Origin: Octopus bimaculoides | Taxonomy: Eukaryota | Direction: 5' to 3' | DNA length: 44,491 nt | Assembly (NCBI RefSeq): GCF_001194135.2 | Contig: NC_069005.1 | Location: 27,192,231-27,236,721, forward strand | Position numbers and translations under genes: made by a program | Part shown: in pieces, positions 35,801-44,491 of the stretch | Layout of the letters: every line of letters starts with the position of its first letter | Numbering within the stretch: position 1 is the first letter of the stretch | Notes under the pieces: model-generated | The model's database searches: none | The model's input: only the letters and a program-made list of their open reading frames with translations | What the model was told of the DNA's origin: nothing

Positions 35801-37133
35801 TTGCCAAATTGTTAAAAGAGTTAGTCTCAACCAAACTTTCCAACAATGCAATTATTTTAGCAAATATAAACAATAGATGTGTAGAAATGATTTTTGATAT
35901 CTTCAACTGTCTGTGATCCAGCAAAAATTAATTCACCATTACATCATCATCAGTAAATGCTTGTTTACCAAACTGGCTTGGGTTGGACAAGTTTAACAGA
36001 ATCTATTGAACCATAGGGCTGCATTGTACTCCATGTCACCTTTTTTCTTTTTTCATGGCTGGATGCCCTTCCTAATGCCAACCACTTTACAGTGTGTACT
36101 GGATATTTTTTTTTCATGCCAGCAACACTAGTGGGATTGCCAAGTAACTTGCAAAACAGGAAAGAACAAATGATTTTAGTCTACTAAGAGTATTAACAAG
36201 ACTGATGGTGTTACCAGGCTTGTGAATTATTTTAAAGCCATTGTGATAATAGGCAGGCCCACTAAAAAACTTACCTGGAACACCAAGATCTTTTAAAAAT
36301 ATGAATTGTTCTATAATTCTTCATTCTACTATCTGCTCACTAGTAAGTTACTTTAGTTGTTATATCATTGTGGCTGCTGAGTTCCCTCTCCAATTATGCA
36401 CCTCCTCTGTGGTGGTGTGTCACTACTTAGGTAAATGACTGAAACAAGTAAAAGATAAAAGATTTCACGTCTATCTTATTGAAACAGCTGTTGAGCACAA
36501 AGTATGAACCGCATATGAAACTTAGGCTTTTCTCCTTTAATAATAAATCTCTAGTATCAGCGATTTCACCTGAAGAAAATGTTTGTCTTCCACTTATTAT
36601 CGTTCCAGCTTCTCTGAGTGCTGTTTCATGTATGATAAACTTATGCTATAGACTTTCCCTTCTGAGACATTCTTCCTGCTGCTGCACATTCAGAAGCATC
36701 AGCAGTAAGAATTGTCTCACGCTCAGTATTGTCATCATCGTCAAGAAAATCTTTTGTCTCATTAATGGCCGTCTTTTTTTATGCATTCTACAAGTAAAGA
36801 CATGCCTTTCTACTGAAAGAAAAGGTTTAACTCTGCAAATATTTTGTTATAAATTGGTAGTAATAATTTGTCGATCTCAAATATTTTTTTTGTTTTAAGG
36901 AACTCTAATTTGTTCAATCTTATTAATTTGATCTCATCCTTTAAAATTTCTAAGAAATATATGGAAGATGTTTGTCAAATGCATTCATTTGGGTTGATTA
37001 ATTTATTAGCTCCTTTCACTGTAACATAAACAGCATTTTCATGAATCTTCTCTTTATTCTGTTCCTAACAAAGATGGGTATGCCATCTGGAAAACAAAGC
37101 TGTTATTTTTGACACCCTGGGATTTTCGATCAA

Positions 37134-37541
37134 GATCGTTGCCAGTGCCCCTGGACTAGCTCTTGTGCGGGTGACACATGAAATGCACCATTTTGAGCGT
37201 GACCGTTGCCAGGGCCGCCTGGCTGGCCTTCGTGGGATTTTCAAGCGAGATCGTTGCCAGTGCCCCTGGACTGGCTCTTGTGCGGGTGGCACATAAATTG
37301 CACCATTTTGAGCGTGGCCGTTGCCAGTACCGCCTGACTGGCCTTCGTGCGGGTGACACGTAAAAGCACCCACTACACTCTCTGAGTGGTTGGCGTTAGG
37401 AAGGGCATCCAGCTGTAGAAACTCTGCCAAATCAGATTGGAGCCTGGTGTAGCCATCTGGTTTCACCAGTACTCAGTCAAATCGTCCAACCCATGCTAGC
37501 ATGGAAAGCGGACGTTAAACGAAGATGATGATGATGATGAT
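37134..37541 (+). mobile_element. RTE 3'-end / family D repeat with internal ~60-bp subrepeats
   Basis: Alternating units gatcgttgccagtgcccctgg... and g(a/g)ccgttgccag...gcctg occur twice, followed by gagtggttggcgttaggaagggcatccagctgtagaaac and a (GAT)n tail. Confidence 0.9.
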
Positions 37542-37732
37542 CGAAAATCTGTTGTAAAGATCATTGCTTGTATTTATTTCACATAATCGCTTAATGATCC
37601 TCATCCAAACCAATCTGCCAGTTGGCATGCTAAGTTATTTGAGGGAAAAAAAATTCTACTTCTTGCATATTACTGAATATTATTTTAAGATGAGGAAATG
37701 GATGAGAAAATGTTTGAATCGTATTTGTTTCA

Positions 37733-37883
37733 CCCTTTTGCAATCAAATTACTCTGTCAAATGTAATGCTTATTTATTCACATTGTGTTTTGAATTAATC
37801 ATGCAGTAATTGTTTGTTTTTAGAATGATATTGTAGGCTAAATGTAAAATGCCAGATTTGGTTGGTTTAAATAGTAAAAAGAG
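37733..37883. mobile_element. Internally deleted copy of TTAA-type MITE family E
   Basis: Shares tactctgtcaaatgtaatgcttatttattcacattg..ttttgaattaatc and ttttagaatgat with 43707-43925; ends aaagag-TTAA. Confidence 0.7.
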
Positions 37884-38294
37884 TTAAATACACTTTGTAA
37901 CTTAGCATTTTTCTAGCACACTCAAAGAATTGGTATAGAATTCAGTTTCCATTATTGTGATAAAGTAAAATATTTCATTGCCATCTTCTAACTGGAAATG
38001 ATCAATTTAATTTGAAGGTTTCAATAAGACTTTTTTGTGATTTATATCTTCATTTGAACATTACTCCCAGATAGATTGTGATCTTCATTTTCTACCTCCT
38101 TTTGTATATGTAATGGAAGTGGTCATGTTAAACAAATTTTATTTTTAATTGTACATGAAAGTGAAATTTCATTTTGTTATTGCCTTTCATTGACAGTAAC
38201 ATTCATAAATATAAGTAATATGATGTACCTTTCAGAATGTCTGTGTGAATTAATCCAAAGTTGGCCACAGCAAGGCTGAAGAGCTGTTTTTTAA

Positions 38295-38615
38295 TCCCCT
38301 TTAGAGATTAAACCTATTGTAGAGCCTACTACTTCTAATTTTGAACCATTAAAAGAAGTTAATCTCAATTAGTAGGTTTGATAATTAATGGTTAGTTTGT
38401 TAATGAACAGTGAAGCAAAAGTGATTAAGCCTACTGCACCAGAGCCCAATTACATTTGAACTGGGCATCATTAAACTTAGTCATCATTAAAGGTAGTATT
38501 AGGAACATAAATTTTGACTAGGGTTTAGTGGAAGATTTTAATTCCATACTTATGGAAACAAGACATTTGTACTACAGATCCAGAGCTGGTTTCAGCCGGG
38601 TTGGTATCGAAAGGG
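38295..38615. mobile_element. Possible TTAA-flanked MITE
   Basis: Left end TTAA-tcccctttag, right end tcgaaaggg-TTAA; the left terminus is imperfect. Confidence 0.45.
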
Positions 38616-39621
38616 TTAAGCTTTGTGTCATCTATAAGCTGTTTTGAGTTAAACTATATTGGGCTTGCCTCTAAATTAAGCTTTTATATTATTTATATTC
38701 CATTTCCCATGCTGGCATGGGTTGTATATATGTTTTGTTTTTGTTTTTCAATATTCCCCACTTCTCTTTGTCGATTCTTTTCATGTTTCTCAAATCTGGG
38801 TTTTGCCACTTTTATATAATTAAAACAATCATAGCTTGTTTATTCCTTCCTATGCAGTCTTTTACTCTTTCCCTCTCTTTGCACTATTATGCCTCTCACG
38901 ACCTTTCCCGCTCTATTCTTCTCTTACCTCTTCTTTCATGACATTTTCCCATACACTTTTATTCGCATTTTATGTCACTTCCTTACATGCACACACACTC
39001 TCTCTCTCTCTCTCTTCCTCCCACTCTTACTCTCAGCTATATTGTCATATTTCACACTTTCAATCTGCTTTTTTAAAAAATTTTGCTTAGTCTTTTATGA
39101 ATTTTTAAAAATCTTTCATTATACAAAGAAATGTCTGACTGATATAGAATTAAGTTTCTCAAGATCAACATTTAAATCTGCAATCTCTTGTCTTCTACCT
39201 ACTTTACTCTCTCTCTTTCTCTCATTCTTCTACTTCTTCACTCGGTCTTCAATCTACTCATTCATTGCCTGTTTCTTCAACCTGCTCATTTGTTCTCTCT
39301 TTTCTTCTACCTACTCATTCATTCTCTAATTCTTAATTCTTCTACCTGCTCTCACTGTCCCCCCCCCACTCCAACTCTCTCTGGTTATTCTGGAGGCAAC
39401 ACTTTTCAGCTGAGATTGCAGATTTAAATGTAATTTAATCCTAGAGAATATAATTCGCTATCAGTTAGACATCCTTTGTATAATTGTATGTAATACATAC
39501 ATTAATCAGATGTACTTATATCAGTAAATACATATACCTTACACTAATCAGGTATTCTTAGTCTACTGAATACACCATACATCACATAGATGTTCATTGT
39601 ATACGTTATACACCAATTGAG

Positions 39622-39995
39622 TGGAGGCGCAATGACCCAGTGGTTAGGGCAGCAGACTCGCGGTTTTGATTCTCAGACCGGGCGTTGTGAGTGTTTATTG
39701 AGCGAAAACACCTAAAGCTCCACGAGGCTCCGGCAGGGGATGGTGGCGAACCCTGCTGTACTCTTTCACCACAACTTTCTCTCACCCTTACTTCCTGTTT
39801 CTGTTTTACCTGTAATTCAAAGGGTCAGCCTTGTCACACTGTGTCACGATGAATATCCTCGAGAACTACGTTAAAGGTACACATGTCTGTAGAGTGTGCA
39901 GCCACTTGCACCTTAATTTCACGAGCAGGCTGTTCCGTTGATTGGATCAACTGGAACCCTCGACGTCATAAGCGACGGAGTGCCAACAACAACAT
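39622..39995 (+). mobile_element. SINE family C, full length with TSD
   Basis: TGGAGGCGCAATGACCCAGTGG head, (CAA)n tail, 11-bp TSD ACCAATTGAGT at 39612-39622 and 39996-40006. Confidence 0.92.
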
Positions 39996-40111
39996 ACCAA
40001 TTGAGTATTTATTCTCAATAATATATCTTTCTTGCGTGTTCATTGTCTACTGTATACTACTGGGGGAAAGGATTTTTCTTATCTTCCTTATTTTAGACAC
40101 TCTCTCTAGAG

Positions 40112-40298
40112 CAGTGCTCTGCAAGCACTATGCTGTGGCACACTGGTGTGCCATGGGACGATGCTATGTGTGCCACAGAGTAATCTGAATATAATTTTTT
40201 TTCCCTATACTTTTAGTTATATTTTTAGTTCAGGTGTGTTACTAAATTTTGAAAAGCATATAAGTGTACTGCAAGTGAACAAAGGTTGTGGAGCACTG
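40112..40298. mobile_element. hAT (Charlie-type) MITE, 187 bp
   Basis: TIRs CAGTGCTCTGCAA / TTGTGGAGCACTG; 8-bp TSD CTCTAGAG (40104-40111) and CTATAGAG (40299-40306), fitting the NTCTAGAN preference. Confidence 0.85.
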
Positions 40299-40502
40299 CT
40301 ATAGAGCCAGGGACATGATGACATGTATATTCAATAAAGTAATCGTGATGGGAAAAGTTAACTCATTAGCATTCAGATTAGTTTATTAAATGTTTTGAAT
40401 AAATCGGGCATTATCTTGTAGCTAAGACATTTTCATGATGTGACTGCATGGTTTTAGAAAGACATTGTGGGATAGGTGTGAGAGGTCAGATTTGGCTGTT
40501 TT

Positions 40503-40722
40503 CTTTTTTTCTTTTTTTTTTCTACTCCAGGCACAAGGCCTGAAATTTTGGAGAAGGGGGTCAGTTGATTAGATCGACCCCAGTACACAACTGGTACTTA
40601 ATTTATTGACCCCTAAAGGATGAAAGGCAAAGTCGACCTAGGCAGAATTTGAACTCAGAACATAAAGACAGACGAAGTAGCGCTAAGCATTTCGCCCGGC
40701 GCGCTAACGTTTCTGCCAGCTC
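40503..40722 (-). mobile_element. SINE family B inserted in MITE E
   Basis: Minus strand gagctggcagaaacgttagcgcgccgggcgaaatgcttagc...gttcaaattc...; T-rich tail on the plus strand at 40503-40522. Confidence 0.9.
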
Positions 40723-40775
40723 ATTATTTTAACATAAAACTGGTTGAATATTTAGGGTGGATATAGCCAGTTTAA

Positions 40776-41035
40776 CCCATAAACTGCGATAGGCCACCTC
40801 AGTGGTCAATGCCACAGTGCGACAGGCCATGGAAGTAGGGCATGATCTGACCTAATTTTGATGACATATAATGTATGCAGACGATACCCTTTCACCCCAG
40901 AAACAGTGTAGCCAATCACAGAAGGTGTTAAGAAACACTGAGTATTTTTTTCGAGCAATAGATTGATGTTGACCTTTACCCAAAATAGGCTCAGCAGTTC
41001 GTGTTACATACAGCAAAATCCCAGCAGTTTATGGG
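40776..41035. mobile_element. piggyBac-type MITE, 260 bp
   Basis: Perfect 12-bp TIR CCCATAAACTGC / GCAGTTTATGGG with TTAA duplicated at 40772-40775 and 41036-41039. Confidence 0.88.
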
Positions 41036-41318
41036 TTAAATATTAAAGGGTTAAAGAAACTCTTTAATCCTTTTTGCATAGGAAGATCTTTCTATTTCCA
41101 CACACAGTGAGACATAGACCACAACAGAGTTGATGGTATTTCTCTGTTGCTGTGTTTTGCCAGCTAACACATATTATGATGAACAACAAAATCCAATCCA
41201 ACTCATACACATAGAGTACACTAGATGTAAAATGATAATGATGATGGTGATGGTGAGGTGGAGGATACAGTGAACAAGAGTAGTCCAATTGTTCTTTCTA
41301 TGGTATAGCGTATACCTT

Positions 41319-41785
41319 TACTCTTTTACTCTTTTACTTGTTTCAGTCATTTGACTGCGGCCATGCTGGAGCACCGCCTTTAGTCGAGCAAATCGACCCC
41401 AGGACTTATTCTTTGAATACCTAGTACTTATTCTATCGGTCTCTTTTTGCCGAACCGCTAAGTTATGGGGACGCAAACACACCAGCATCAGTTGTCAAGC
41501 GATGGTGGGGGGACAAAGACAGACACACAAACACACATACATACATATNNNNNNNNNNCCGAAATACCTCGAGTCTTTGGTCCTCACGGCGCAGAACATT
41601 GGCAAATCTTTCCTTATATATATATATACGACGGGCTTCTTTCCGTCTACCAAATCCACTTACAAGGCTTTGGCCGGCCCGAGGCTATAGTAGAAGACAC
41701 TTGCCCAAGGTGCCACGCAGTGGGACTGAACCTGGAACCATGTGGCTGGTAAGCAAGCTACTTACCACACAGCCACTCCTGTGCC
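41319..41785 (-). mobile_element. SINE family A, full length, with a 10-N gap (41549-41558) and extra sequence in the linker
   Basis: Reverse complement of family A from the (TACTCTTT) tail to the ...cagccactcctgtgcc head. Confidence 0.9.
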
Positions 41786-42058
41786 TATGTATTGGTATTA
41801 TTCCTCAAACAATAAGCAATTGTTTGACAATTTGAGAAAAATACAATTGCTTGTTGCTGCTGTATAATCAGCCACACTAGAATGAATATATTTTGTGATG
41901 TAAAACATTGAAAGCCGAGAGTATTTACCAGCTTGGTTTCACTTAGCCGTTCCGACATAGTGTCGGAGATAATACCCAACAATGTCATTCTAAAAATAAA
42001 CAGTCACATCATTGAAACCTTGAAGCTACAGAGACAATGGAAGATTAATTCAAAACAA

Positions 42059-42260
42059 CATCATCATCATCATCATTTAACGTCTGTTTTCCATGCTGGC
42101 ATGGGTTGGACGGTTCGACTGGGGTCTGGGAAGCCAGGAGGCTGCACCAGGCTCCAGTCTGATTTGGCAGTGTTTCTACAGCTGGATGCCCTTCCTAACG
42201 CTAACCACTCTGAGAGGGTGCTTTTTCTTTTCCGTGCCACTGGCATGGGCCAGAGGGGGC
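42059..42260 (-). mobile_element. RTE 3'-end / family D repeat, short copy
   Basis: (CAT)n tttaacgtctgttttccatgctggcatgggttggacgg...gctggatgcccttcctaacgctaaccactc. Confidence 0.88.
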
Positions 42261-43561
42261 CGGCATTGACCATGATCGGATGGGGCTTGTTTCATACCAA
42301 TTGGTATGTCTCCACTCTCATATATCACATTACATAAGTCTATTATTTGATCTACGTTGTTTTCTAAATGCTTTTAATGCTTCTGCTGGTGTTTCAACTG
42401 CTCCTTTCTATCTTTCATTGACTTTATTGCCTTTACTACTTCTTGTAAGATTTTGTTCCCAACAGGTACCTTAAAATTAGCCCTCGACAGTTTTTTTTTT
42501 ATGTATTTTCCCCATGCAGATGCATCTTGATCAAACTATATATTTCCATATCTTTCCTTTGCATTGCTTTACCATTTTTTAACTCATGCATTTACTCTTA
42601 GTTATTTCATTTATTTATTATTTTTCATACATATCTTTGGATTTATGCTAAGTGTTCAACTTTTTGGCATTAATCATTCAGCTGTTTGGGTTTTGTTTTC
42701 TACATGAAGAGCAGACCTCTTTATTTAAGGTGTTATATTTACTATTATGTTTATTCTCGTATTTCTTTCATTTTTTTTTTGTATAAAAATTACACCAGTC
42801 ATCCTATTTTAACTGGCTTCATTCTCTTTCAAGCAGTGTTTTCTCCACTGACATTTGTCTGCAAGTTTTGTGTCCTGTTTACTGTTTTGTTCTTTATTAT
42901 ATTTTCAATTATTGAAAAAAAAGAAAGCCTCGTGATAGCAAAGGAGGAATGGGAACCAGCCAGCCCAAAGGTTGGGGTGGGCTGCACCTGCCTACTTCAG
43001 TTGCTATGGCATTGATGTAGATCTGGCCACACCCATCAACAGGGACAAAACCCGGGTTTAAAACACTGGATTTTAGCCCCAAATCAGCTGTAATCAAGCA
43101 GATGTATGATGAAACCTATTTCACCAGTGACCATTTTTTTCCAAATATTTTATCTTGGACCATATTATCTAAAGACAATAAGGTGGGATTTGAGAAAAAT
43201 TTGGCTGTTATTTTTAGCTGGTCACATAAACACTCCTTAATTTGGCTTGCATGGTATCATAAACAAGGGTAAAGTTTTTAATGCTTAAATCGCTTCAATT
43301 GTGCTGGTATCAACAAAAATGATAATAATATCTGATGATGGTCCAAGGTAGAAAATGTTATCTGTTAACAAGCCTGATATTAGGTGATAAGGACTAATCT
43401 AATTCATAAAAGAGAAATTATCATTGTCAGACATGATAGGAGTGAGGCCATTTCGAAATTTCATCCAGCAAATGCAAGCATGAAAATCATCATTGCCATT
43501 TTTCTGCTGTTTAAACCAAATCAGACTTGACCACGTATGTCTAAAGTGAAANNNNNNNNNN

Positions 43562-43700
43562 ACTGTTAAATAAATGTAAAAATATATGTTATTTTAAGCA
43601 AATATTTATGTATAAATTTCATAAGCGTTTATAAGGGGGTCCCTAAGGTAAAGCCTGAAATATAAAGGGGTCCGCAAGTCAAAAAGTTTGAAAACTCCTG
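43562..43700. mobile_element. Right end of a hAT-type MITE after a 10-N gap (43552-43561)
   Basis: Ends ...aaggggtccgc...aaaagtttgaaaactcctg, the reverse complement of a CAGG-GTTTTCAAAC-type hAT TIR; left end not seen. Confidence 0.55.
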
Positions 43701-43706
43701 ATCTAA

Positions 43707-43925
43707 CCCTTTAGCATTCAGATTACTGTCAAATATTATGCTTATTTATTCACATTGTTTTGAATTAATCGTGTATTATCTCGTAGCATCATGATTTCAA
43801 ATGATGTCATTGTTTACTTTTAGAATGACACTGCAGGGCAGGTGTGAGAGGTCAGATTTGACCAGTTTGAACTTAAAACTGGTAGCATATTCAGGCCAGA
43901 TATGGTCAGTTTAACTGCTAAAAGG
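43707..43925. mobile_element. TTAA-type MITE family E, uninterrupted copy
   Basis: (C)TAA-ccctttagca ... tgctaaaagg-TTAA termini; body shared with 37733-37883 and 40362-41050. Confidence 0.8.
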
Positions 43926-44141
43926 TTAAACGAGTTGACTGTAAAGTAAACTGCCACTTCTTGGTCAAGTGTCAGCTTGGAGCCAAACATCTTGAGAAAT
44001 GACTCCCTGAGTATTTCTTTACTTCAGAACGCACCTTCTACTTAAGGCTTGAATACACTTGATATTGCCTTTTTTTTTTTAATATGAATTAACTTGATAT
44101 CTAGAAGCAAGGCAAGATTATTGTTCTTTTATGGTCTAATA

Positions 44142-44491
44142 GGCGCAGGAGTGGCTGTGTGGTAAGTAGCTTGCTTACCAACCACATGGTTCCGGGTTCA
44201 GTCCCACTGCGTGGCACCTTGGGCAAGTGTCTTCTACTATAGCCTCGGGCCGACCAAAGCCTTGTGAGTGGGTTTGGTAGACAGAAACTGAAAGAAGCCC
44301 ATTTTATATATGTATATATATATATATGTGTGTTTGTGTGTCTGTGTTTGTCCCCCCACCATCGCTTGACAACTGATGCTGGTGTGTTTACGTCCCCATA
44401 ACTTAGCGGTTCGGCAAAAAGAGACTGATAGAATAAGTACTAGGCTTACAAAGAATGTCCCGGGGTCGATATGCTCGACTAAAGGCGGTGC
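44142..44491 (+). mobile_element. SINE family A, young copy, cut by window end
   Basis: GGCGCAGGAGTGGCTGTGTGG head, B box, TA/TG linker and 3' module; near-identical to the reverse complement of 41319-41785. Confidence 0.92.

Larger units (their letters stand above)
40362..41050. mobile_element. TTAA-type MITE family E, host of two nested insertions
   Basis: TTAA-ctcattagcattcag start, ggtgtgagaggtcagatttg body, aacataaaactgg after the SINE, and aaaggg-TTAA end; colinear with the uninterrupted copy at 43707-43925. Confidence 0.8.

Noticed and set aside
37134-37345. Regularly spaced cgttgccag repeats reminiscent of a CRISPR array
   Set aside because: The intervening sequences are themselves repeated, the context is a eukaryotic retroelement, and there are no cas genes.
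34241-37541. Repeats flanking an integrase relic considered as LTRs
   Set aside because: They are inverted rather than direct, have (GAT)n tails, lack TG...CA ends and occur elsewhere without Gypsy sequence.

Overview
AT-rich, repeat-dense animal genomic DNA with seven N gaps, most of them bordered by (TA)n, (CA)n or (TG)n tracts. The dominant tRNA-headed SINE families resemble, from memory, those of octopod cephalopods, so an Octopus-like genome is inferred but not proven. No host protein-coding gene could be identified with confidence. Nearly all listed ORFs are microsatellite or N-spanning artefacts, antisense readings of repeats, or decayed transposon fragments. Supported content: (1) at least four modular SINE families, three copies with exact 11-17 bp target-site duplications; (2) a ~3.9 kb decayed minus-strand RTE-clade LINE (7.1-11.0 kb) interrupted by a SINE and a Ty3/Gypsy gag-protease-RT fragment; (3) further RTE fragments, a Gypsy integrase relic and a Chapaev/Transib-like DNA-transposon relic; (4) hAT-type and TTAA-flanked (piggyBac-type) MITEs, including a triple nest at 40.4-41.1 kb; (5) several long inverted repeats, a 3 x ~325 bp tandem array and a ~3 kb pyrimidine-skewed minisatellite domain. 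CpG-retaining, promoter-like regions lie near 4.2-5.6 kb and 13.8-17.3 kb. The latter has a compact E-box/CCAAT/Inr/splice-donor arrangement, suggesting that most of 17-44 kb may be intron of a plus-strand gene. I found no evidence of a new autonomous biological system. The most testable observations are the nested elements, the foldback structures and the candidate 5' exons.
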